A DNA stretch of 64,000 nt from Neoconidiobolus thromboides FSU 785 (lineage: Eukaryota > Fungi > Entomophthoromycota), in the NCBI GenBank assembly GCA_025603075.1, contig MU626371.1, positions 1 through 64,000 of the forward strand, read 5' to 3'. Within the stretch, counting starts at the first letter, position 1. Each line of letters begins with the position of its first letter. Both the position numbers and the translations under genes were made by a program. The notes under the pieces were generated by a model. That model worked only from the letters and a program-made list of their open reading frames with translations, did no database searches and was not told the origin of the DNA. Positions 12,906-25,855 of this stretch are shown here, one piece after another.

Positions 12906-13565
12906 CTATGATTCATCTTGGGCAATTTTTTCGGCTTTTTTAGCAGCTATTTTAGCTTTACGAGCTAACTTTCGTTGCATTCGATCATAGCGTTTAGCTG
13001 ACATCTGTATTAATTTTAAAAGTAGTTAATTAATCAAAGTCTAATTTAATGGCTAAGATAAAAGTTTTGTTACCGTATTTCTCAATGCTTCTTCTTTAGT
13101 TTTAGCTTCTTTTTTAATACGTTTAGCAGCCAAAGCTTCACCACGAGCCTAAAAAAGAGAGATTTTATCAATGAACAACTTCAAAAACCCATTTCTACTC
13201 TTGATCCCAAATCCTGTTTATATGAATTTCAATCTTTTTTCAATCTACTTACTTTTTTCTTATTTTCAGTTTCTTCTTTTAATTGTTTTAAATGCTCTTT
13301 CAACATGGCTTCTTTTTTTCTTTCCTCTTCTCTTAGTTTCCAGGTATTTTTACCTAACTTTAATTGCATGTTTCGTTGGCTTGGTTTTCTTGAATCTTTC
13401 CATACTCGACCTATTAGAGATATTTAATTAATTTATAAGTTAAGAATAACGAGTGAATGTGGCAATGAGAGAGGAAGGTTTATTATTATCGAACTTACCA
13501 GATACTCTAGTTAATGGTGCAGAATCTTTATTTTCTTTAATCTCACTAATTTCTTTGGTATCCAT
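12906..13565 (-). CDS. CGR1: rRNA-processing protein Cgr1, 4 exons
   Basis: Spliced protein MDTKE...RVSGRVWK...TWKLREEERKKEAMLKEHLKQLKEE...MSAKRYDRMQRK matches the Cgr1 VSGKVWK / W / MHAKK pattern. Confidence 0.85.
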
Positions 13566-13697
13566 TTTGAAATGTTTGGAATTTTTAAGTGGTTAGCAAG
13601 AACTTAATTTTTAAATTGGATTTTATACTTTTTAAATTGCAAAAATTGAATCCAATAATTTCAAAGCAAAAAGTGAAGCATGTTTTTTTAGAATAGC

Positions 13698-13803
13698 TAA
13701 TGGGGGTGTTTTTTTTGACTTCATTACTTTTTCCATTTTTTAAGCGCTATTTGAGCAGAAAATTTGTTAGTAAAATTCTTGAACAAAAATACATTCCCTA
13801 ATG
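13698..13803 (-). mobile_element. ~105-bp MITE copy upstream of CGR1
   Basis: TGGGGGTGTTTTT...TAAGCGCTATTTGAG...AAAAATACATTCCC. Confidence 0.85.
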
Positions 13804-14154
13804 ATAAATTATTATAGGTTGATATCTTCATCTATTTAACTTAATAAATATGATCATTTTCAATAATATATTATAATAGGTGTTAGTAAGAATGTTTTTA
13901 ACTAGAGATCCTTACCATTTTCTAACTGATTTAATTTTACTTTTCTTTTTTAGCAAAATAAAGCTTGCCATTTTTAGTCAAGGACAAAAATATATTGATT
14001 TAACATAAAAGTAATAAAATTATAAAATATCAAATAGCTCATTTAATAAAAATATACGATAATAAAAAATAATCATTTATTTACTAATTAATAATAATAA
14101 TTAATTTATTTATAAAATCTCTTTAATCTTCCTCATCACCCATCTTCCTATAAC

Positions 14155-17100
14155 TTATAATATATCACTCATCTCTTCTTCTTCTAAATCTGGAAACAAT
14201 TGATTTTCTGTATTTGACCTTTCTGTATAATCAAAATATTCCACTCCGGCTTCCCCAATCAATTTGGTTAAAATAGGTAAATCATTTCTAGTTTCTCTAG
14301 CATTAATAGAACGATTCATTATAGTTTTATATAATCCTAATTTTTCCCCAGCTACTAATTCACACATTTCAAATGAGCGTAAATAATTTCTAGTAAATAG
14401 AATTATTAAGTGATTTGTTTGGGATTTGAATTAATGAACTTACTCTGGTATTATATCCTTTGTTTCAGTTAATAATTTATATAATGAAAATACCATTTCC
14501 GGAATATATACTTGACGTAAAATACTGATTTCTTCTTTAACATTCATATCTATTTTTTTATTTGTTAGTCAATTATTTCTTATAATTTATTATATTGATT
14601 TTACTCAAGGAACCAAAATGTAATGAACTAGCTGAATTAATTGAACCATCTGGAAAACAATTTAACATCCAATCCGAATTTAAAGCATATCTCAAGGCAA
14701 GTTCAGTTGAACAAGTGATATCCTAATTTAATAATTCAACATAGTTAATATAATTAACAAACAATAAAAATCCCATAAAATTACTTACTTTAGCTTCAAT
14801 TTCCCATTCTTTATATTCTCTTCTAAAAATCACCGTTAATAATTATAAAATAATAAATCTAAAGTTAAATACTTACGCAGTAAATTTTGGTTTACGTTTC
14901 ATTATTAAAATCCAACGATCTAATTGTCTAAAAGCTTCTAAACAAATACCATAATTTAAAAATTCTTGAGCTGCTAATATTAATTGTTTAGAGGATTCTT
15001 GAGTTGGATCTGATTCAGCATCTGCTTTCCATTCCGGTAATACAAAGTTTTTAGGCATTGATTTTAACAATTGATCTACTGCCCATAATTTTCCGGATAC
15101 TAAATAAATAATAAATTAATTCGATCTTAATATAATATATCTACATTTCTGTTTTATACTTACACATGTATTTTCTACATAATTGATTACATAAAATGAT
15201 AGCTTCTGAATAGAGAGAAGGATCACTAGTAATCCATTCAAAAGAGCGAATTTGTTTTGTAATAATATCATCTACTTTTTTAACTAAAGTAGAAAAATCA
15301 AATTCACAATAGTTAATATCTTCTTGAATGGGTTCAAATGCTCCGCTATTTTGTAAACATTTTTGAGCTGTATAAACTAATAGATTATCATGATTTAATC
15401 CATGAATTGTTCCATAATTTAAACATTCTAAACGCTTTTTTAAGGGGCCTTCTAAGCCTAATTATTTATTGATATTAATATGATTATGATTTTAACTTAA
15501 TCAATTGATTATAATTGTTGTTACCTGCTAATATATCAGTATATGTTTCTAATTGCATATGTCGCGATAATTTAGAACAATAAAATATTGCTAGTCGAAG
15601 CTAAACAAGTAGTTTTAATAAAAAAAGCTTAAAAGGAAGTTAAAAATATTTACTTCTTTAATATTCATCAATCGAAATATATAACATCTTAATATATTAT
15701 CTGTAGTTTCATTAATACTCATTATATCAACGGATTGTAAATAGATAACAATTAAGGATAATAATCTTATGTGTACAGTTTCTAATCTAATTTTCAAAAA
15801 ATAATAATTGTATATTGCTGTTTAATAAAAAATATACAATAAACTTACTTATTGGGATAATTAAATCCATGTTCTTTTATACTTGTTGATATTGTATCCA
15901 AAAAATTATCCAATGTATTTAATATAATATGTTTGTTTAATTGACTGTAAAAACTAGATGCCTTTATATTAATTAATCGATTACTGGATTGTTCTAATTT
16001 CATAAAAAATTCGGTTTCATCTAGTTCGACTTGAGGTGGTCCAGGCAATGGGCACGAAATTTCATTTTTGCGACATAATTTTAAATACTAAATAAATTAA
16101 AGAATCATGTTTTAAATTGAACACTAAGATTTAAAATTAAATATTGTTTTACTTTTTCAACTTTAGATTCAATCATACAATTATAATAAGCCCATAAATA
16201 ATCTTCCCAAGTTTCACATGCTGATAATATCTATCAAATTATAATTATAATTAAAAAATAAAAAATAAAAAATAAAAAATAAAAATATAATATAAAATTA
16301 CATTATCAAGATCGCCACATAAAACACCATATAAAGCACGTTCATAAACATAGTTTTTGGACTAAAAATATTAATGACTTAATATATATTCAATTATACA
16401 TTTTTTTACATCATTAGAAATCATATAGCAAGTAGCCTTCCATAAAGGTCTATTAAAATTACCGCCTGCTTCTTCTTCTTCTTCTAATTCATCTTCACCT
16501 TCTGACATATCATATCCACTTTCTTTTTCCATTTCATAACTTAACCCATCATTAAATTCTAATTCTATAATTAAATATTAAAAACAAAAAATCTAAATAA
16601 AATTATAATTCATGATTTTTTTTACCAAAGGAAGGGTCTTTGAAATATAGACCACCTTGAATTGAAGCAGCTCTCCAAGGCTGATCCGAATATAAAGCTA
16701 ACTTGAATGCTTCTTCAATTTTACCTCGACGTATAAGGAAGTATAACGACTTCAATAACTCTTTTTCATATTTCTAATTTTATATCAAGTTAATTAACAA
16801 GTTAAGAAATTCGAATTTTTACTTCATCTTCAATATGTAATTGTTTTGATGATCTATATGGAGCGTCCGGATCTAGTTCATTTACATGGTCATTAAATAT
16901 TGGTTTTAATTGTCTTGTATGAGCCGATAATTCTGCTCTTGTATATAGCCAGCCACCCGTTCTAGGTTCTATTTTATTAAATTCACTTGCTATTTCTTCT
17001 AACCAAGATCTTACACACTATAGTTTAAAATATAAAAAAAGAACAACATTATTATTATAAAATTCAAGAAAATTGATAAAACTAGTTACTGAAGCTTTTG

Positions 17101-17599
17101 ATATTTTCCAAGAGTTATCAAATAGATGTTGCATTAAGGAAAAATCCGTTAATGGAAATTCAGTTTCGGGGGGTAATATTTCATTTTCTTGTTCCACAGC
17201 TTGTAAATTGTTTTTTATAAATCGTTCTTGACATATATGTTTAATTAATTTCCATACATTTCTTTCTTCCAATAATCCTGTATAAATAGAATCTGAATTC
17301 TGTATATTTTCCAAAGATTTACCATTGATACTAAAATAAGTAAATAATTAGTTCAAACATTACTTTAAAAATAATGAAATAGTTTACATTTGGTCATAAT
17401 GATACTCAAAGTTCTCGGCCAAATCTTCAATGTTCCCTCTATTACCTTCAAACAATGAATCGGCTTCAAGTAATATTTGAATCAAAGATACATCTGCATC
17501 ATAATATTGTGTGAATTTAAAATTAGTATCATTTTCTTGAATAATGTTGGATCTTTTTAACCAATTTGTTATTATATGATATGTATTGGATTGGCTCAT
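14155..17599 (-). CDS. NUP84: Nucleoporin Nup84/Nup107, multi-exon
   Basis: Exons encode LDPDAP, LIRRGKIEEA...QPWRAASIQGG, GNFNRPLWKATC, YERALYGVLCGD, CETWEDYLWAY, typical of the Nup107 family. Confidence 0.9.
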
Positions 17600-17910
17600 T
17601 ATTATTTTTTTGAATTTTTAAGAGTCAATAGAATTTGATTTTTTTTGAAAAATAAAAGCTTTTTTGAGTGATGTTTTTATCATTTTTAGTAGCCAATTAA
17701 ATGAATATTAAAATATTGGACTTGATTTTGTTGTCGTTCAAGCTGACTTATTTGATATTAAAAGCTACGATTGTTATAAGATAGTTTTCAGTAATACTAC
17801 GTTTATTATACATAGTATATACATTATTAAAAATAATTATGGCCTTTTATTATATTAGTTTGGAATTCACCTAAAGCTTAAATGTTATTATATTCATTCA
17901 ATTTGAAGTA

Positions 17911-18110
17911 TTTTTAACCTATCACGACTTTAGCAAGAAAATTTAAACAAACTAAAGTAGAATCTTCATTAAGGATTATCATTAAAATGAACAAATTTAG
18001 AAAATTATATGGAAATTTTTATTTTGTTCATTTTAATGATAATCCTTAATGAAGATTCTACTTTAGTTTGTTTAAATTTTCTTCTTGCTAAGGCCGTGAT
18101 AGGTTAAAAA
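17911..18110. repeat. Long inverted repeat (hairpin), 85/88-bp arms, 27-nt loop
   Basis: 17935-17995 is the exact reverse complement of 18023-18083 (61 bp); outer arms add 24 bp with two mismatches beyond a 3-nt bulge. Confidence 0.95.
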
Positions 18111-18319
18111 TTCTACACAATTAAGATTTTTAATGATCAAATTATAAAGTTCTTAAATATTTCATTAAGTAAGCAACAGTTTTTATATTTAATAAGCATT
18201 GTTTTTTATTTTAAAAAACAAAACTAAAAATTCTATCTAAACAGGAAACATCAATGAGAAGGGTTATAAGAGGGATTCACAAGAAGCGAAAGATTAGTTA
18301 AGGAGGAAAGGCTAATTGA

Positions 18320-18352
18320 AAATCAACTATAAATCAACTATAAATCAACTAT
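18320..18352 (+). repeat. 11-bp minisatellite (AAATCAACTAT)x3
   Basis: aaatcaactataaatcaactataaatcaactat read directly. Confidence 0.8.
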
Positions 18353-19395
18353 TAATTTTGAAAAGCCCTTATAACAACTACCCTTGTTTTCTGCCTATAC
18401 CGCAATTATTACACAATGTGGGTTTTTCTAAGATAAATATTTTTAGGAAGCTATCTGATAATATCATTTATAAATTCTTTTTTTATAGGCAAAACTAGGT
18501 GGTAGACATATACAATTGCTACAGATAAAGTTTCTTATTGAAAAAGAGTTTCTCATTTTAAACAGTAGGTACATTTGCTGCTACAACCAGGATCAAATTG
18601 ATATTTAAAAAAAAGAAACATATAGCAGCGTAGATTTGATAAAGCAGAAAAGCGTATAATTTATTTAATATAGAAACAAAAAGATGGATTTTAAATTAAC
18701 TTTGTTACTTGACCTTTAAAGCTTGCTAATATATATAATATTGTATACTGGTTTCATTCAAAATGATTGATGATTTTAAATACACTATGATAGATTTATC
18801 TCATGAAAATTTTAGTTTGTTGCTTTTTGGTAAGTTAAACCTGATTAGACTAGCAAGCAAATTTCAAAGGTGGTAAACTCTGAAAATAAAAAGCAAAATT
18901 GGGTCATGATTATTATACTGGGGGAAAACCTAATTTCAATAACTCTAAAAATGTATGGAATGTTGTGCTTAAAAATAAGCTATTTTATTTTTCTCAATCG
19001 GTAACAATAAGAATTTTTATTTATTATTTATGAACTTCGATCAATTAGGCATATTCTGTACAATAATCTTTTACACAGATGGTAGTATAATATTTAGAAA
19101 ACGTTTGAATGTCATATTTTTAATTTTCTAAAATTTTATTTTCACATTGTTTACTCATTATTTTAGCTTATCCTTAAAAGTTGTAATTGTTTTGATTTAG
19201 CAAAACTGATTGGTATTTTTAAATGAAAAGCAACAAAACTGCTTATAGAACCAATAATGTTTTAGTGCCATAGAAACAGTTTACGTCAATTTGCCGAAAA
19301 AATGCAAAGGATAAAAAGAAAAATCACAATCGTTCATTTAAACTAGATAAGTTCAAATAAAAAAAATTTCTACTATTTATTAACTTTATCTCTAA

Positions 19396-20760
19396 ATGAC
19401 ATTAAGGCTTGAACAACTACCAGATAATAATTTAAAAGAGATCTTTAAACTAATATATCCCAACGAATTATTTAATCTACGTTTTTTAAAGAAGCGATTT
19501 TTTAAGGTTATAGAAAGTGTGATTGAATATAATTTGATTTATTCGACTTACGGTGAGTTTGAAGAGTACCAATCTCACCAAGAGAAGTTTATCAAAGGTA
19601 ATGGTTTATTGATCAAGCATTTAAGCATAAATAGTAATACTATTGAATGTCTAAATTATTGTCCCAATGTATTATCAATAAAATACACAGAGACACCCGG
19701 AAATTATAATTTCAAGGAAGGTGTGTTAGATGTTAAACTACCAAAGTTAAAAAAGTTAGTTATTGAATCTCCCAAATATATAGAAGTATTTGAATTGTTT
19801 AAAATGAGTTTAAAGCAGCTTGAGGTGGTCGAAGTTAGTGGCGATATTATAATCGTTTATGATCTTATAAAATATTTGAATCCAAATAAGCTCAGATCCC
19901 TTTTACTAGACACAAATTTTAATTATCTATACCTATATGGATTAGATATTATTAAGAAGGAATTTAAAAAATTAAGGAAATTAGAATTACGCGCCATCTC
20001 ATATTTTTATGCTACTGATAATTGGATTAATCTAGATGCCAATTACAAACTAAAAGTAGAAAATGATCCAAGTATAAACTTTAATCCTGATTTGGAGTTA
20101 GACATCAGGGTGAATTTGGATTATGTCAATGAAATTAACGTGTTTGGTGATTTAAAAAAAATAAAGAGTGTGAAAATAGTAGATTACGAGGGCAAATATC
20201 TTGATAGTGATAATGCAGATAACGATTTAAAAACATTTGAAGGCAGTAACATTGTTAGCTTGGGCCATTTTTACCCAACCGATTCAGGTGGTACAGTTAA
20301 TTACAAATTTTTAAGGCTTTCGAGTCTAAAGGAAATTACTGTTAGTGGAATATCAAAGGAATTATTTAAACAAGTTTCATTACTATCACACATCCAACAT
20401 TTATATATCAATTTAGTTGAGTCTAATATCAATGAAATATTTGACGATTTCGATTTAAGCAATGACGATATTTATAACTTAAAGTATGATTCTCTTAGGT
20501 GTAACTCCGTAAAACAGATTACAATTGAATCTTTTGTTGACTCGTTCAACCATTTTCTTTGCTTTTTATCTCTTTTTCCAGCCCTTGAGGTACTTAAAGT
20601 TGATTATTTTAAGTTAGAGAGTATCGATATGAGTATCAATTTTAAACCCAGTACTGGCGTTCCTGTATTAGTTATTATAAGGCGTATACGTGATATTGAT
20701 GAAGCTGATTTTAATAAATTGAAAAAAGAAGCTTCAATATTAAACTGGATGTCGTTGTAA
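19396..20760 (+). CDS. F-box-like / RNI-like LRR protein, intronless
   Basis: N-terminal LEQLPDNNLKEIFKLI...LFNLRFLKKRF F-box pattern followed by LxxLxI repeats. Confidence 0.75.
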   Translation: MTLRLEQLPDNNLKEIFKLIYPNELFNLRFLKKRFFKVIESVIEYNLIYSTYGEFEEYQSHQEKFIKGNGLLIKHLSINSNTIECLNYCPNVLSIKYTETPGNYNFKEGVLDVKLPKLKKLVIESPKYIEVFELFKMSLKQLEVVEVSGDIIIVYDLIKYLNPNKLRSLLLDTNFNYLYLYGLDIIKKEFKKLRKLELRAISYFYATDNWINLDANYKLKVENDPSINFNPDLELDIRVNLDYVNEINVFGDLKKIKSVKIVDYEGKYLDSDNADNDLKTFEGSNIVSLGHFYPTDSGGTVNYKFLRLSSLKEITVSGISKELFKQVSLLSHIQHLYINLVESNINEIFDDFDLSNDDIYNLKYDSLRCNSVKQITIESFVDSFNHFLCFLSLFPALEVLKVDYFKLESIDMSINFKPSTGVPVLVIIRRIRDIDEADFNKLKKEASILNWMSL

Positions 20761-21207
20761 TAAAATTTTTTAGTGGAATATTCTATTGTTACACTTTATA
20801 GTAGATAAGTATTTGATAATTGAAAAGTAGGTTTTAAAGTCCATGTATAAGATAATATTTTTAAGCTTTAGCCCACTATTAAATATGATGTAAAGAACTT
20901 TGCTAGTAGTGATACTTGTCTAAGCGGTTAGCTTCTTTCTTGGTAGTTTAGAAGGTATATTGAAGCATTTAATATAATGTAAGTAAGATTTTGATGAGAT
21001 TGAGATGAAACACGGTGTTGGTAAGATCAGAATGTAATTAAAATGTTTTGTGCAAAGTGCGGTTTATTTATAAGGTTTTAATGGTTTATGATAGTTTGGG
21101 TATTTGGTAAGGGGTGTTCTCTAAGGCGAACCAGTCCCATATAGTCACATTTTCTTTTTAAGTAGATTATTGGAGATAAAATAGTTTAAAAATAAAATTG
21201 CCTCTTA

Positions 21208-21305
21208 ATATAGGGATGTTTTTAAGGGTTTTAGTGATAGTTTTTCCACTTAAATAGCGTTTAAAAATGGAAAAAGTGATGGAACAAAAAACACTCATTC
21301 CATAT
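21208..21305 (+). mobile_element. MITE copy, internally deleted
   Basis: ATATAGGGATGTTTT...TTTTTCCACTTAAATAGCGTTTAAAAATGGAAAAAG...TTCCATAT. Confidence 0.75.
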
Positions 21306-21761
21306 GTTTTTTAATATAGTAATGAAATTTATAGGGTATAGTAATTTAGGAGTATACTAACAGTAACGGTATAAGAAATCTAATGCACTATGAATCTGAC
21401 AGTATCTCATTTTCATACCAGTTTCCAATTTTTTCAAAAATTTATTTGTCAGATAGAATAATTTAGCTTGTTTTACTGTCACTTATTTTTGAAAAAATTT
21501 GACTTAATCAGTAGCTCAATCTATTCACTAGTAAGGGCTTTTTTATTAACAGGTAAGCTTAAAAATAATCTAACAAAGCTCAGATAAAAATATTGTACCA
21601 TACTTTTTATAAAAAGCATAAATAAAATGTATTATTTTGAGCCTGGAGTTTAAGAATTTTATAAAATCTATTGGCTAAATCGAAGGAATTTTATCTCAAC
21701 TTAAATTTAATCTATATTTCAAAACTAACACATTTATAAACTTCTTTTTAAAATAATACAA

Positions 21762-22593
21762 ATGGATAAAGAAAATTATCAAACAGCAACATTAGAGAGC
21801 AAAATCAAAACTACACTAAAGCAGACTGGATTAGCAGGTAAATCTACAAAGGAAATATCAAAACATATCAATAACTAAAGTATTTTAGCTGCTACTGGTA
21901 TGACAATAGGAACAGTATTAAGCATGAGTTTATTGAAACCAAACGCATTTAAGAATGGATTAAAGATGGGTGCCAATTGGGGAATGCTGGGCTTAGTCTT
22001 TTTTAGTACTTTTATTTTATCTTTATATCACATACATATTAATTTTATTAAGCTATGAGAAATAATATGTCTGCAAGACAAGATGAACGTAATTTTTATA
22101 AAGGCTTGAAAAAAGGAGTGACTAGAGATACTGATGATTTATACATATCAACCATATCTGGAATGGCAACTGGTGGATTAATGTCTGGATTAATATGTAA
22201 GTAAATTGATAGTATTAAATTATGATAATAATATTTTTAGTTGGTAGTAAAAAAATAGCACCTGGAATGTTTTATTATGGACTCGGAGCTAGTGCATTGC
22301 AAATGGTATATACGACATTAAATAATTACCGTAAGCAAAAGATATTGAATGACCAAAGCGTTACATCAACTTTACCTGATTATTCAATGAAAAATGTTGT
22401 GGATTCTATTCTTACTTCTTTACCAGAATCTTTCCCTGTTTCAAAAGTCGATGATAAAAGATATTTGACTGTTTTAGAAGATAAATTAAATAACTTGGAA
22501 CAAGAATTAGCAGAGGTTAACAAAGAGCTAACCGAAATTAATCCAATTTTATTAGAATTAATTAAAAAAAGACCAAATAAAATAGAAGAATAA
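21762..22593 (+). CDS. Tim17/Tim22/Tim23-family membrane protein, multi-exon
   Basis: Gly-zipper helices (TGMTIGTVLS, GANWGMLG, ISGMATGGLMSG, GLGASALQ) and a C-terminal coiled coil. Confidence 0.6.
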
Positions 22594-22642
22594 AATATAA
22601 TTTATTAGCAAATACTTTTATTATCGTTTAACTTTAATAGAT

Positions 22643-24135
22643 CTAATTTTTTATATCAAATTTAGGTGGTGGATATTTTAAGTACTCATATGAGCCTACA
22701 GATTGATGCACTTTATATAAATTCCATAGACTATCACTTATCATTAATTCATGTATAAACTTTCTAAAATTTTTTAAAGACAACGAGTTCAAATGATAGT
22801 CATACCACGTATTATATTCCTCTATAAACTTCAGTCCTTTTTTACCCTTTTCATTCGCTTCTGTCAAATTCGCATAATATTGGGTATATCCTAATAATTC
22901 TCCATCAAATGGGGTATATATATAATATCTAAGAGCTGGGTGATTATATGGCGTTATACTTGGACCAGTTGTCATTATATTTACAATATTTTTATCTTTC
23001 CAAGTATATTCTGGCCTGTCATCTCCAGTCAAAGTAATAAATTCATATTTATTGTGCTTTTTATTACTGGTTATAAATGAAATAACATCCGCTAAAATAA
23101 TATTAAATATTAAGATAAATATAGTAAAACAATGTACTTACTATTTGTGTGGCCCCAAAATAAACTTACAATATTCCCTGAATACTGTCCAACCAAGTTA
23201 ATTAATTTATTATAACATTCTTTTTTTAAAATTCTACGATTTAACTCATCATGAGGTGGTATATGACCCATAACATAAGCTTTAAGATCATTTTCCTTTA
23301 TCCAGGTTAGTTTTTCTTCCAACCAATGTAGCATAATAGTTGCTGGTGAACTTGGGTCACTACAATCTGCGACTTCTTTATTTGCAACATATAAATACAT
23401 TGAATTTATGTTGAGTAGCTTAAGTTTAGTACTAAAACCAAAATCCTGAGCCCAATACCCGCCTTTCAAAAAGGTGTCTTTCTCTTTTTCGCTATTGTAA
23501 AAGCTAAGCAGCTTGTTTGGCTTCCATAAATCAAATAAAGTCTTAAAAATTTTATCATTAGCAGTTAAGGCATTATGTTCAATAACATCGTTATTTCCAA
23601 TAGTAGGGATTAAAATTGTTCTTGATAAATTAAAATTCTTATTAAAGTAATCAAAAACTAAATTATGGTCTGTCAAAACTTGCTCTTTTGTTCTTGGTGC
23701 CTTTTTGTCTCTATTATGTCTAGAACTATCTCCAGTGTAAATAATAAAATCAACATTATGAAATCGATTATTTATGTATTCAAAAGATTCTTCTACTAAT
23801 ATATCTGGACTATCGCAGCGAGATCCCAATGCACCGTATATTCCAGCAATATTTTTGGCTCCGTCGCTGTTTTTTCGGTGACATAATTCATCTGGATCAC
23901 TACCGTTCATGTAATCAGGGTCAATATGAATATCTTTGAAAATTAACATTAATAAAATATAACTTTTTATCCATTTACCTGTAATATGTAAGAATGTACC
24001 ATTGGCTTTTTTCACTGAATATTCTCTTGATTCACATATATTTAATTTAGTGAATCTAGGATGTATTCCGTATATGTTTTTTGAAGTAATAACATATAAG
24101 TGCAACAAAAACAATGTTAGGTACTTGAACTTCAT
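22643..24135 (-). CDS. PPN1: Calcineurin-like metallophosphoesterase, endopolyphosphatase Ppn1-like
   Basis: Spliced FLHITDIHIDP, CDSP, IYTGDSSRH, IGNNDV, GHIPP, FWGHTN motifs; N-terminal hydrophobic signal. Confidence 0.7.
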
Positions 24136-24306
24136 TCTATAATTATAAAAAAAGGCTAATCCTTAGATTCAAGTTATGCAATTTTTAAATTAAAATTTAA
24201 TTTTGGGGATTCATTATGCGAAATTTGGGTTTAAACGCATGGAAAGGTATTTTAAATAATCGACCTATAAGTTAAAGCTTAACTCTTTCTTTATATATTA
24301 AAAGGA

Positions 24307-25556
24307 ATGGACTTTCAATCAACTTTATCTTCCGCCTTCACTTCACAATTATATATGTTGGCTTTACCAGTCAGTATATATTTAGTGATGAAATTAATAG
24401 GATACGTAGCAAATAGGTTAATAAGTCAAGATACTTTAAATAAATGGTTTAAACCGAAAGAAGAAAAGGAGCATGTGCCTGAAAAACCAAAAAGGCCAAA
24501 GTTAAATACTGGTCCATATATCGATAAACCTTCTGAGGAAGAGCCTTATTTACCCAATAACATTAATCCATTAATTCAAATTATAAAGAGACAGAATCAA
24601 GATAGAGGCTTAACAGAATCTGGATGGTTAAAATCACATCACACTTTCCAATTTGGGAAGTATATAGATGATAGATATATTGGACATGGATCTTTAAGAG
24701 TCTTTAATGAAGATTTCATTAGCCCAGGTAAATAGAATTTTTAATTTTTAATACTTATAATATCACTTGTTAATATTAAATTTATTAGGTAAAGGATTTC
24801 CACAACTTTTAAGAAAAGATTTTGAAATCGTTACTATTGTTTTGAAAGGAACTTTGAATCATTATGACTGTAAGCTTTAATATTATAATTGAATGTTTGT
24901 ACTAAAAAGGAATAGCTATTGACAACAACTTAAGTTTAGATGCAGGAAGTTGCCAATTAATGACATGTGGAAATGGAATAAAACACCTTGAAGAAAATGG
25001 AAGTTATGATGATACTTTGCAATACTTACAGCTATGGTTTGCACCTAGTTTTTCAGATTTGGAAAGTAGCTACTCTCATAAGAAATTCGACTTTGAGTAT
25101 ACTAAAAACAAAATGATACCTTTGATATCCCCATACCATAAAGTAGATAAAGTTCCAATTACTCATATACAAGTTGAAGACGAAAAAAGTAAAAAAAACA
25201 AAATAAAAAATGATAAAGGTGAAACAAAAACTGAAGTAAAAGAAGTTAAAAAAGAACTTGAAAATGAAACTAAGATAAAAAATACTTTGGGAATAAACTC
25301 GGATTCATATATATATTATTCCCAGTTAGAGCCAGGGAAAAAAGTAATTTGCGAAATGCAAAACGGAACCAAAAGGAAAGGATATGTACACCATATCTCT
25401 GATGACGATAGTTCATCTTTGTTATCCATTAATTATGAGCAAAGGTTAAAACCAGGGGATGGTGCTTTTATTGGTGGACTAACTGACGTTGAGTCTTTGG
25501 AGTTCAAAAATTTAGGTGATAGTAATGCTGTATTTATTGTTATTGACATGGCTTAA
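24307..25556 (+). CDS. Pirin-like (YhhW-type bicupin) with N-terminal transmembrane helix
   Basis: RGLTESGWLKSHHTFQFG, GSLRVFNED, EIVTIVLKGTLNHYD, QLMTCGNGIKHLE, YLQLWF; 4 exons. Confidence 0.85.
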
Positions 25557-25675
25557 TTCAGGGATTTTTAATCCATCTTCCTATTATTGACTTAAATTAA
25601 CTATTATGCATAATAAAGATTCAATCAGTATCTATTTGTATTATTATTATTACCTATAAACTTAATAAAAAATTC

Positions 25676-25687
25676 ATGACGTCAATC
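25676..25687. promoter_or_regulatory. CRE/ATF-type palindrome TGACGTCA upstream of VPS27
   Basis: ATGACGTCAATC about 170 bp before the ATG. Confidence 0.4.
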
Positions 25688-25855
25688 TCCCTGTGGCGAA
25701 AAACTGTGAAATTTTCAATTTACAGCCATTTAAAACTCAGCATCCTATTGGCTATAGCATAAGCAAACTAAAAATCGACAAAAAATGGATAAATATAGGT
25801 CAAACATAAAAAGCTTAGAAACCAATCTTTGATACAAATAGTTTACAATTCAACT

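Noticed and set aside
20780-21150. Possible retroelement remnant, also 31380-31700 and 33640-33850
   Set aside because: Only short broken frames with no RT, integrase or transposase motifs recognisable.
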